From a bacterium (GTDB lineage Bacteria; Armatimonadota; Abditibacteriia; Abditibacteriales; Abditibacteriaceae), in NCBI GenBank assembly GCA_004172935.1, contig SDZD01000022.1:6195-70194 (forward strand): a stretch of DNA of 64,000 nt, in the 5' to 3' direction. This document shows positions 46,501 to 60,011 of this stretch, one piece after another (position 1 is the stretch's first letter; each line of letters begins with the position of its first letter). The position numbers were made by a program, and so were the translations under genes. The notes beneath the pieces are model-generated. The model saw only the letters and a program-made list of their open reading frames with translations, was not told where the DNA came from and ran no database searches.

Positions 46501-46881
46501 GTGCGCCCCAAAGCCGGAGCGCGGGTGTTGGCGAACTATGAACTGCGCATCACTCCCCAAACCGCCGAGCGCTTGCGTAAAGCGGGCTTCCCGAAGGAAT
46601 TTTTGGCCGACAGTGACTCGCGCGTCCGCTTCCCAGCGCTCGTCGCTTTTCGCGATGGCAACACCGAGCGCGGCGAATTACGCTCGGTCTACTTCGCTGG
46701 CGATGCTTCGGGCTACCCATCCATTGATGAAACCGTGCAGCGCTTCCCCGCTCTGGGAGCCGCTGAACGTTGGAGTGCCGGACGCCTGGGCACTTTCGGA
46801 ACTCAGTTCTTCTGGGGCTACTACGAGCCAGTTCTGCGCAACGTTTTCGAAGAAAATCCGCGTCTGCGCTATAGCTCTTGA
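43546..46881 (+). CDS. Cellulose-synthase-like GT2 fused to a large C-terminal extracytoplasmic domain
   Basis: LLDDS, FKAGAIN, FDAD, QTPQ, FCCGT, TED, QQSRW; TM helices; no RxxxR PilZ; about 500 aa soluble tail after a last TM. Confidence 0.9.
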   Translation: MFQDKRKFKVADPDVRPGHDTPDWEGAARRARGRRAQFASGGARTSIPFPGEVRRLLFLIPLGLVFLALYALGVGFALFRPGYSPIDRVASAFLGVALLFVLLHGLGYANSMLKAFAASRNPAKILFAPANSPRVTCLIASYNEPPEVLEETVAAVSALDYPNKEIILLDDSTHEGPRRAAREIAAKYDVRCVQRVTRRGFKAGAINDFLPEITSPYIAMFDADALPTPEFLREVVPHLIENPRLGWAQTPQFYANTNVSYTALAAARQQSVFYEYICEGKSYSRAAFCCGTNVIFARRALEDVGGFDESSVTEDFATSLKLHLRGWDSLYLNRVYVYSLAPETLGAYFTQQSRWAFGSLGLLRPLLARFFKNPRGLKAGQWFEYLLSTTYYWIGLVNFIFLMLPILYIFFGIKPLRLDALTYLAVFLPYLAFSLHTFYAGMEARGLKVGDMMLGQQLGFLSFPTHIAAGLSALSGRKRPFGVTPKGVGGRVSYWSLWPQLLMLALSAGACGWGMYRYFAGLDRNTTAALVNSFWALYHVWMLSSVFRLNRPVRVGESKKILFARDGEEEVRTLSALEGARNPLSLGRVTAALAVACLLFIGTFIGIVASWNRAPVYPVNVMVLDRTGAQNGREHRQLLWTLNYLKVRQQKGGVVNGARPTYDLDRDYFGAFYAPNARPALDAKTGELVVTGVSRPLPPRLPSPGLLYIADTFGEFRVRDARAGKLVTYRARKRGLTATEVEAIDDFARRGGMVMGEWNALGFPTRPGGYLPEDQLKRAIETARQNRIRLERTELARAQTALDVAQSSHDFRRISAARGRLEDVRGEIVTAEYRLRALQNRSLYNAVQAKQARAAQQLEGLLHTSYAGWYGRFVDDFAAEASYDPELYRSVAADLKRRLGDKARVPSGPGFVFYPDGGSETINPQTGAIEKSPFARPVVILGSDLGGAANAELCQIVRTRDEKLRNDPLLRGVREAVPARLWFDLVRPKAGARVLANYELRITPQTAERLRKAGFPKEFLADSDSRVRFPALVAFRDGNTERGELRSVYFAGDASGYPSIDETVQRFPALGAAERWSAGRLGTFGTQFFWGYYEPVLRNVFEENPRLRYSS

Positions 46882-46890
46882 AATGACGAC

Positions 46891-46919
46891 AGCGGCTGAT
46901 TTAAGGTGAATCAGCCGCT
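46891..46919 (+). terminator. Hairpin after GT2 gene (weak terminator or stabiliser)
   Basis: 11-bp stem agcggctgatt/aatcagccgct, no U tract on plus strand. Confidence 0.5.
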
Positions 46920-47139
46920 AAAAGACACGCTCCTGCTTTGAGATAAAGGAAAAGCACCACTGTTTTATCCGATGTGGACTGTGATAAGGAACCTACTTTC
47001 GATAAAATAGCGCGCGGACGAACAGCGAATGTTCACCCTTGAAGGCATATATTTCGTTTTTATACGTTCTTATACCGCAAATTTAGGCGGTATTGAGAAT
47101 GAATAGAGGGCGTGGCCCTGCCTGTTTAGAGAAATTTTT

Positions 47140-53136
<5,997 letters not shown>

Positions 53137-53152
53137 ACCAAGTACCCAACCA

Positions 53153-53192
53153 CAAAACCCCGCGACTCCAAAAGTCGCGGGGTTTTGTTTTT
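53153..53192 (+). terminator. Intrinsic terminator
   Basis: caaaaccccgcgact-ccaaa-agtcgcggggttttg followed by ttttt. Confidence 0.9.
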
Positions 53193-53254
53193 CGAGTTGT
53201 GGTCCCTGAGTCTTTAGTTGCTTGCTCAGCTAATTCATTTACTCATGCCTTTCT

Positions 53255-53279
53255 GTAGGGGCGAAACTCGTGTTCGCAC
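53255..53279 (+). repeat. GTAG-type REP-like element
   Basis: GTAGGG-GCGAA-actcgtg-TTCGC-ac: GTAG tetranucleotide followed by short palindrome. Confidence 0.5.
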
Positions 53280-53313
53280 ACAAATAATAAAGATGCCCTC
53301 GCCCGAAGCATTA

Positions 53314-54396
53314 TCACTGCGAGTCCAGCAACTTCAAAAGTCGGTCCGAAAGCATGGCTTCATAAAATGCTCTTACGCTATCGACCTTCCCAGAGCGTAG
53401 CGTGCAAAACACACCCGCATACGGTGTATTTTGCACAGCCAGCGCGAACTCCTTTTGTTGGTCGGGGGCGAAATGCGGAAATTCCTGCCACGCCTTCTCC
53501 GTCGTTTCTACTAGAGCATCGAATCGCGTCTTCACCTCGCGGTATTCCGGCTCGAAGGCCGGGAAGTAGGCCAGAAACTCTTCGCTCTCGTTCTTCTGGA
53601 CGATCTCGACCAAACGGCGCCGAGAAAACGAGTCCCTCAGAAGATGCAGTGCCACATACGCGGGCGATTTAATCTTGACACGGTTGAACGCCGCATCTCG
53701 AACGACATAGCCCTCACTTACCAGTGGCTTCAACTCTTCTGCCGCTGCCAACGCTTCTGTCAAAGAGGTGAGCGGGAACGACTTCACCGTTTCCCATCCG
53801 CTCTCCGAATACTCTTCTGGCCCAAACTCCTGAAACTTGTGGTCGCGCCCGCCGATGAAAACAATGCGCGCCTTATCGTGCGCCACTATAACGCGGTTCC
53901 ACTGGCTCATGAACTCGAACATAAAGGTCGCGCCTTTCCATTCCTCTCCCGGCACCAGATAGCCCGCCTCTTGCCATGTTTGCCAGAAGCACTGCGCCAT
54001 CGAAATGCCCAGATCGCCCATTGGTCCCGATGCATCGGGAGTGCCCGACGAAGCCACCCGCCACTCTCCCGCATAGAAGTAAATCGACATCAACGAGCCG
54101 TCCAACTTCTCGTACACGCGCGCCGTCTCCCAATCAACCGCCGCCGCATTGACTTCGTTCGCGTTGAAAAACTTGAAGAACGGTACGGACACAGCGGCCC
54201 AATCAGCGCTCTCATCGACAATCAGGCTTCGGCACTCCTGAACTATCCGTTCAGCCATCGGCGAGATGCGCTGGCCGTACTTAAGCAGCACCAAGTTGGG
54301 AAATTCTCCATGCCGTGTGGCCTTCAGGCCGAAATCCTCGCATAGCTTGGTTAGGCCATGTTCTCTCAAAAATATCGGGGTGAGTAGTTGTTGCAT
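53314..54396 (-). CDS. T4 Rnl1-like RNA ligase
   Basis: Nucleotidyltransferase motifs YEKLDGSL (I), TFMFEF (III), EGYVV (IV), VKIKS..Y (V); ECRSLI; start reassigned to MQQLL. Confidence 0.85.
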   Translation of the reverse strand: MQQLLTPIFLREHGLTKLCEDFGLKATRHGEFPNLVLLKYGQRISPMAERIVQECRSLIVDESADWAAVSVPFFKFFNANEVNAAAVDWETARVYEKLDGSLMSIYFYAGEWRVASSGTPDASGPMGDLGISMAQCFWQTWQEAGYLVPGEEWKGATFMFEFMSQWNRVIVAHDKARIVFIGGRDHKFQEFGPEEYSESGWETVKSFPLTSLTEALAAAEELKPLVSEGYVVRDAAFNRVKIKSPAYVALHLLRDSFSRRRLVEIVQKNESEEFLAYFPAFEPEYREVKTRFDALVETTEKAWQEFPHFAPDQQKEFALAVQNTPYAGVFCTLRSGKVDSVRAFYEAMLSDRLLKLLDSQ

Positions 54397-54438
54397 TGTT
54401 TTCTCGAAATCGTATTTTGTTGGTAGCGTCTTAAAAAA

Positions 54439-54472
54439 CAAAAAGCCCCGCGACTTGCTGAAGTCGCGGGGC
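54439..54472 (-). terminator. Intrinsic terminator
   Basis: gccccgcgactt-gctg-aagtcgcggggc with U tract on minus strand. Confidence 0.9.
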
Positions 54473-54489
54473 CTGGCTTGTGGGGAATT

Positions 54490-55701
54490 TTAGCTCTGTT
54501 CTTTGTATCTATCGGCTAAAATCGTTCCACCAAGCGTCAGCGCGAAATCTTCAGGGCGCACGGGTTCATCCTCGCGGCACAAAATGACCGCGCGTTCGAC
54601 GGCGTTGATGAGTTCTCGTATGTTTCCTGGCCATGAATAGTCCAGCAAGGCTTTCTCCGATTCCTTCGATAAGCCTTTGAGGGGCTTATTCATTTTCGAG
54701 GCAATCGAAGCCAGATAATGGTTCACCAACGGCAAAATTTCCTCTTTGCGTTCGCGCAGAGCGGGTAAATAAATCGGGATGACCTGCAAGCGGTAATACA
54801 AGTCCTCGCGGAACTCGTTGTTCTTGATGCGCTCTTGCAAACGCTTGTTGGTAGCCGCCACCACACGCACATCCACCTTGACACCCAGGTTGGCGCCCAC
54901 GCGGCGAACTTCGGAGTCCTGCAACACGCGCAACAACTTAACCTGCGTTACGGGCGACATTTCGCCGATTTCGTCCAAAAACAGCGTGCCGCCATCGGCC
55001 TCTTCGAACAGGCCTTTTTTGTTCTGATGCGCGCCGGTAAAGGCGCCCTTCACGTGACCGAACAACTCCGATTCGAGCAAGTTTTCGGGCAACGCGCCGC
55101 AGTTGATGGGGATGAACGCGCCGTCTTTGCGCTTCGAGTTCTGGTGCATGGCGCGGGCGATCAGTTCTTTGCCCGTTCCGCTTTCGCCTTGAATCAATAC
55201 CGTCGCATCGGTGGGCGCGACGCGCGCCACCATTTCCAGCACCTCTTTCATCGCGGGCGAGGTCGCCACCATGTTACCCGGATCGAACTTCTGCTCTTTG
55301 GCGATGACGCTGCGCAAGCGCGCGACTTCGCTCTTCAACTGCTGGCGCTCCTGAGCGCGCGCCAAAGCGAGCATCAGTTCCTCGGTATCGACGGGTTTGG
55401 TCAGGTAGTCGATGGCGCCCGCTTTCATGGCGGCCACCGCCGACTCGATGGAGCCATAACCCGTTAACATGATGACTTCGGTTTGTGGGTTTTGTGTCTT
55501 CGCGGCTTTGAGTACGTCCATGCCGGAGATAGTGTCGAGTTTAAGATCGGTGATAACGCAGTCGAAATCGTTTTTCGAGATTTTGTCGATAGCGTCGGCC
55601 CCAGTGCTAGCCTGCGCGAGTGTGTGCCCGGCGCTTTTCAATAGCGCTGTGAGGGTAAGGCGCATCGAACTCTGGTCGTCTACAAGAAGAATGAATGCCA
55701 T
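54490..55701 (-). CDS. NtrC-family sigma54 activator (receiver + AAA+), lacking C-terminal HTH
   Basis: LVDD..TDLKL receiver; GESGTGKE, GAFTGA, FLDEIGE, WPGNIREL; ends about 30 aa after AVERAVIL. Confidence 0.93.
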   Translation of the reverse strand: MAFILLVDDQSSMRLTLTALLKSAGHTLAQASTGADAIDKISKNDFDCVITDLKLDTISGMDVLKAAKTQNPQTEVIMLTGYGSIESAVAAMKAGAIDYLTKPVDTEELMLALARAQERQQLKSEVARLRSVIAKEQKFDPGNMVATSPAMKEVLEMVARVAPTDATVLIQGESGTGKELIARAMHQNSKRKDGAFIPINCGALPENLLESELFGHVKGAFTGAHQNKKGLFEEADGGTLFLDEIGEMSPVTQVKLLRVLQDSEVRRVGANLGVKVDVRVVAATNKRLQERIKNNEFREDLYYRLQVIPIYLPALRERKEEILPLVNHYLASIASKMNKPLKGLSKESEKALLDYSWPGNIRELINAVERAVILCREDEPVRPEDFALTLGGTILADRYKEQS

Positions 55702-55793
55702 TGGAAATGGAAATTATGAATTGCGCCTTTGGCACGCCAAACAACGCCGCGAAACCTGAGCTTCATCGGCGTTTGGAGATCAAAGGGTGGCTG

Positions 55794-56519
55794 TTAGGCC
55801 GTTTGTAATGCCTCGTTTCTCTCAGTTTGACCTTCTACGCGGGCTTTTGCCAAAGGTAGCTCCACAGTTACAATGGCTCCATTGGGTCCACCATCATGGG
55901 CGTTTTCGATATGGCAATCGCCTCCCGAAGCGCGTAGCACCATGCGAGCAATCGAAAGCCCCAAACCCGTCGAGGCGGGTTTGTTGGAAAAGAAGGGTTG
56001 AAAGGCGCGCTCCAGCGAGTTTTCGCTCAAACCCGGCCCCGAATCGTTGATCGCGATCCACACCGACTCTTCTTTTTGCCCGCCCGTCAAACGAATATTT
56101 CCGCCTTCGGGCAGCACTTCGCGTGCGTTTTCAATGATGTGCTGAATTGCCTGAGTCGTGCCGTGAGGGTCGGCATAAGCCCACAATTCGGCGGGCATCT
56201 CATCTTGAATCGCGATGGGTGCGCTCGATTTAGATTCAGCGCGCGCCAATTCGCGCACAATGACTGTAATATCCGTTGGTTCGGGGTGCTGCTTGGGTGG
56301 TTTGGCGAAGGTCGAAAACTCGGTCAAGATGCGGTTCATGCGACGCGCTTCTTTGGATACGACATCCAATAACATCTCGGTTTCTTCGTCCAACCCCTGT
56401 GCGCCCGGCAGAAGTGACGAGGCCGTCAAAATCGCTGATAGCGGATTGCGCAGTTCATGCACCAAGCCGCGCATCAGCGCTTGCACATCAATATCGAGAG
56501 GTCGAAGGTCGTGTCCCAT
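55794..56519 (-). CDS. Soluble histidine kinase (HisKA + HATPase only)
   Basis: HELRNPL H-box, IIENARE N-box, DSGPG, FQPFFS, TGLGL; no TM or sensor domain. Confidence 0.92.
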   Translation of the reverse strand: MGHDLRPLDIDVQALMRGLVHELRNPLSAILTASSLLPGAQGLDEETEMLLDVVSKEARRMNRILTEFSTFAKPPKQHPEPTDITVIVRELARAESKSSAPIAIQDEMPAELWAYADPHGTTQAIQHIIENAREVLPEGGNIRLTGGQKEESVWIAINDSGPGLSENSLERAFQPFFSNKPASTGLGLSIARMVLRASGGDCHIENAHDGGPNGAIVTVELPLAKARVEGQTERNEALQTA

Positions 56520-56553
56520 TGGAGTCGCTCGCGAGGAGTAGAGGAACCTCTAG

Positions 56554-56569
56554 AGCGAGACAAGGGCCA
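56554..56569 (-). promoter_or_regulatory. Possible sigma54 -24/-12 promoter for the kinase-activator operon
   Basis: Minus strand TGGCCCT-TGTC-TCGC-T, correct GG..GC spacing, 3 mismatches to TGGCACG-N4-TTGC. Confidence 0.3.
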
Positions 56570-56713
56570 ATTATCCGCTTACTTGTCAAATTGCCTTAAG
56601 AGATGACAGAGGGGAGAAATAAGGAGACATAAATGATGCGCCGCCCCTCACCAGCACCAGAAGTGGCTTTGTGTCCTTTATTCCGCGCTCTAAAACGGTT
56701 ACCACAACTACCA

Positions 56714-56745
56714 AAAAGGACACAGGAAAATTCCTGTGCCCTTTT
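56714..56745 (-). terminator. Intrinsic terminator of rpoN
   Basis: aaaaggacacagga-aaat-tcctgtgccctttt. Confidence 0.8.
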
Positions 56746-56758
56746 GAAATCGATACTT

Positions 56759-58228
56759 CTAGCTGTCGTAGCGGCGGCGCTGAGCGGCGGGGGGGATTTT
56801 CAGCGCTTCGCGATATTTTGTCACCGTGCGGCGCGCGATTTCGATGCCCTTTTTCGACAGTTCCGCCGAAATCTGCTCGTCCGAGTACGGCTTACGTGGG
56901 TTCTCTTCGGCCAACAGGTCTTTGATGACCTCTTTCACCGAAAGGCTGGCATCGAAGAACAATTCGCAGCCGATCACTTCGCCCGATGGCAGCATGGCAT
57001 ATTTGCCCGATACGGCGCGTCCCACTGTCGATTCATGCAGCCCTAACTTGTGCGCTACGCTCAATCGGGTCAGCGGCTTCAGCGAGTGCAACCCGGCCTC
57101 AAGAAACTCGCCCTGTTCCAGTGCAACCGCCTCGATGATGAGCTTGAGGGTCTTGCGACGTTGGTTCAAGTTGTCGATGAACTCGCGTGCACGGGTCAAA
57201 TAAACCTGCACATGTTCGCGGTCTTTGCTCGAATAGCCGACCGGGTCGCGGCGCATTGCGTCCCACAACTGGCGATAAACCGCGTTCACGCGCAGTCCCA
57301 GCGAACGCGACTCCACCACTTCGACGATGTAACCCTTGCCATCTTCCTGACGCTTGATTTCCACATCGGGGCGAACGCGACCCGCCGCTTGTGGCGAGTT
57401 GGTGTGCCATGAAGGGCGGAATTGGCGACCGGGGTAGGGCGTAAGCTCGGTGCGGATGAAGTCGGCGCCTTCCTGAACGCGCTCCACGCTGGTTTTCAGT
57501 TTGCGGGCGATGTCCTCGTAGGAATGGCGCGCCAGTGGCTGCCAGTGGTCGTCCAACAACTTCAATGCCAACTGTGCGGTATCGGCGTCCTTGCCCTTCT
57601 CGCGGTGAACCAACTGAAGGCGCAAGCATTCGCGCAGTGTGCGGGCGCCCACGCCCGCAGGTTCGAGGTTGTGAATTTCGGCCAGAACCTCTTCCAGCGT
57701 CTCCATCGGAATATCCAGACCTTCCGACAGCGTCTCCAAATCGGTGTCCAAATAGCCGTCATCGTTGATACAACCGATGATCTGCTCGCCAACTTCCATC
57801 ATCGCTGCGTTGGTACAGCTCATGCGCCACAGCCAACGTAAATGCTCATTGAGGGTTTCGGTCGCCGTCAGACGGGCCATCACGTCGAATCCGTCTTCAT
57901 CGCCGTTGTAGGTTGGCTTCTCCATCGGAGCCGCCTCCACCGCCAAATCGAGCAATTTCTCCTTGGCCATCTCACCGGTTTCGAAGGCGTCTTCGTCTTC
58001 CTTGGTGAGTTTGTAGCCGCATTCGCGGCATTGGGCCGATAGCATCGTTGCCCCACACGCCGGGCAAATACGCTCTGCCGAAACTTCAAGAGCGGGGTTG
58101 TCCTGCAATTCAACTTCGATTGCCTGTTCTAACTCCACGTTGGGTTGTTGAAGGAGTTCGTAGAACGCGATCATCTTCGGGTTGAGCGACTGCTCCATTC
58201 CCTGCGACATTCCGAGATTTTGAGCCAT
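56759..58228 (-). CDS. rpoN: RNA polymerase sigma-54 factor
   Basis: Region I (ELLQQP..EL...I..EL.DNPALE), INDDGYL, EPAGVGAR, HESTVGRAVSGKY, RpoN box ARRTVTKYR. Confidence 0.97.
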   Translation of the reverse strand: MAQNLGMSQGMEQSLNPKMIAFYELLQQPNVELEQAIEVELQDNPALEVSAERICPACGATMLSAQCRECGYKLTKEDEDAFETGEMAKEKLLDLAVEAAPMEKPTYNGDEDGFDVMARLTATETLNEHLRWLWRMSCTNAAMMEVGEQIIGCINDDGYLDTDLETLSEGLDIPMETLEEVLAEIHNLEPAGVGARTLRECLRLQLVHREKGKDADTAQLALKLLDDHWQPLARHSYEDIARKLKTSVERVQEGADFIRTELTPYPGRQFRPSWHTNSPQAAGRVRPDVEIKRQEDGKGYIVEVVESRSLGLRVNAVYRQLWDAMRRDPVGYSSKDREHVQVYLTRAREFIDNLNQRRKTLKLIIEAVALEQGEFLEAGLHSLKPLTRLSVAHKLGLHESTVGRAVSGKYAMLPSGEVIGCELFFDASLSVKEVIKDLLAEENPRKPYSDEQISAELSKKGIEIARRTVTKYREALKIPPAAQRRRYDS

Positions 58229-58451
58229 GAGTTAGAACTTCGCTTCTGTTTGAGCGTTACTTTCGAACAGTCCGCTTGCCTTAACGAGCAACGGGCATTT
58301 GGCGCCCCTAATCCATACCCAGCACATAAATAATCCTTCGATTTGCTCCGCCATACGCGCCGTCGCTTTGGGGCGATTGCAACACTTGAAGGGCCAACTT
58401 GCCAGAGAAGAAGAATGGGACGCCATGCCAATTCTACCTGAAAGTTGGCAC

Positions 58452-58467
58452 AGGCGCGTAAATTGCT
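58452..58467 (+). promoter_or_regulatory. Sigma54 -24/-12 consensus site in rpoN-divergent intergenic region
   Basis: AGGCGCG-TAAA-TTGC-T, exact spacing; second site TGGCACT-ACCA-TAGC at 58499-58513. Confidence 0.55.
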
Positions 58468-58700
58468 ACGTAGAAACCGCAAAAACGCCGCCAAAAGTTG
58501 GCACTACCATAGCGGAAATACAAAATTCTGCCCTCATTGTTACTGACACTGCCATGTCCAGTTTCGCCTGAACGCATCTGGAAACTGGAAATCGCCTTCT
58601 CAGCCCCCTAAAAAATCGCCCTGCAAGTGCTATAAAGAGTCAGAACCGTCGAAATTAGCCCCGACGGGCTTTTTCTCGTTGATACTGGAATGCAGCTTTC

Positions 58701-60011
58701 ATGCGCCCGTTTTTTCTTTTTGCACTTCTGTTTTTCCTGACGCCCCTCGGCGCGCGCGCCCAAGATGTCTTGCCGCCCAACTATGCGCCGCTCGCAGAGG
58801 CGTATGTGGTTCTCGATCTCGATTCAGGGCGCATTCTCTATTCCAAGAATCCCGACGAGCGTTTGTTTCCCGCCTCCACCACCAAAACTATGACGACGCT
58901 GGTGGCCTTCGAGAATGCCAAAACCAACTCCATCATCCGCGTCACCAAAGAAGCGGCCAATACCGGAGAAAGCTCGGCCTATTTGCGTGAAGGCGAACAG
59001 CGAACCGTCGATGAACTCATCCGCGCCGCTATGGTGCGTTCCGCCAATGATGCCTGTGTCGCCCTTGCCGATGGCGTCGCGGGTTCCATCCCCAACTTTG
59101 CGGCGCTCATGAACGCCAGAGTGAAGTCGCTTGGCCTCAAAAACACCAACTTCGTTAACCCGCACGGTCTGCACGACCCGAACCACTTCACCAGTGCGCG
59201 CGACTTAGCGCTCATTGGCCGCGCCTTCACGCAATACCCCTACCTCAACTCGGTCATTCGCCTCAAAAGCACCGACATCGGCGGCAATGCCCTCGTCAAA
59301 TCGCGTGTCTTCAAAAACCGCAACAAGTTGCTCTTTCGCTGGCCCGCGTGCGATGGCTTGAAAACCGGCTCCACTAAACAGGCCGGACACTGCCTCGTCG
59401 CTACTGCCACCGAGCGCGACCCGCGCACCGGAAAATACTGGCGCCTTCTCAGCGTTGTTCTCAAATCGAGGGGTAACTTCACCTACCTCGACACCGAATA
59501 TCTGCTGCAAAAAGCCTTCAACTCCTTCTCGCTCCACAGCGTCGTCAAACCCACCGAAGCCCTCTGGCAAGGTGATGTCAAAGGCGGCGCTTTCCCGCTC
59601 GATGCCGTGGCAACTCGCGCCATAGAACTGCCCTTGCGCGCTGACGAAGTGACGGGACTCTCCAAGAAGGTTAATCTGCTGACATTAGCCGCCCCGCTCA
59701 AAAAAGGTCAGCCCGTCGGAAGCGTAATTTATTTCGCCAACGGCCAACAACTGGCGCAAATTCCGCTCGTTGCACGTGCCGATGTGCCGCAAACGTTACT
59801 CTCAAAAACGCTCCCCGGCATAGGAAATCGCCTTTTTTCACCATCTTTAGGCGGAAAATTTCTCTGGGGCGGGATAGTTCTGGGTTTGTTTGCAATACTT
59901 TTACTATGGAGGCGTGCGCGAATTGAACGTCGTCGCCGCTTGAAACGAAATGCCCGATCCAAACCTTCCTTTGAACCCGTCCAACCCCGCGACCTCAGCC
60001 GACGACCTTGA
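58701..60011 (+). CDS. D-Ala-D-Ala carboxypeptidase (peptidase S11) with C-terminal membrane anchor
   Basis: PASTTK, RSAND, NPHGL, LKTG; C-terminal TM and Arg-rich tail. Confidence 0.94.
   Translation: MRPFFLFALLFFLTPLGARAQDVLPPNYAPLAEAYVVLDLDSGRILYSKNPDERLFPASTTKTMTTLVAFENAKTNSIIRVTKEAANTGESSAYLREGEQRTVDELIRAAMVRSANDACVALADGVAGSIPNFAALMNARVKSLGLKNTNFVNPHGLHDPNHFTSARDLALIGRAFTQYPYLNSVIRLKSTDIGGNALVKSRVFKNRNKLLFRWPACDGLKTGSTKQAGHCLVATATERDPRTGKYWRLLSVVLKSRGNFTYLDTEYLLQKAFNSFSLHSVVKPTEALWQGDVKGGAFPLDAVATRAIELPLRADEVTGLSKKVNLLTLAAPLKKGQPVGSVIYFANGQQLAQIPLVARADVPQTLLSKTLPGIGNRLFSPSLGGKFLWGGIVLGLFAILLLWRRARIERRRRLKRNARSKPSFEPVQPRDLSRRP

Noticed and set aside
55794-56519. Histidine kinase as a 5'-truncated pseudogene
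   Set aside because: All catalytic boxes are intact and the 239-bp upstream gap shows no recognisable sensor remnant; kept as a natural short kinase, pending comparison with orthologues
56633-57046. Plus-strand 137-aa ORF with AAGGAG RBS-like sequence, antisense to the rpoN 3' end, and a tgtgtccttt copy able to pair with the terminator arm
   Set aside because: Translation is not protein-like and runs through a terminator into rpoN antisense; most simply chance
53314-58228. RtcR/RtcB-like sigma54-controlled RNA repair operon (ligase downstream of the activator)
   Set aside because: A strong terminator separates them, no -24/-12 site precedes the ligase, and the activator has a receiver domain rather than a CARF domain
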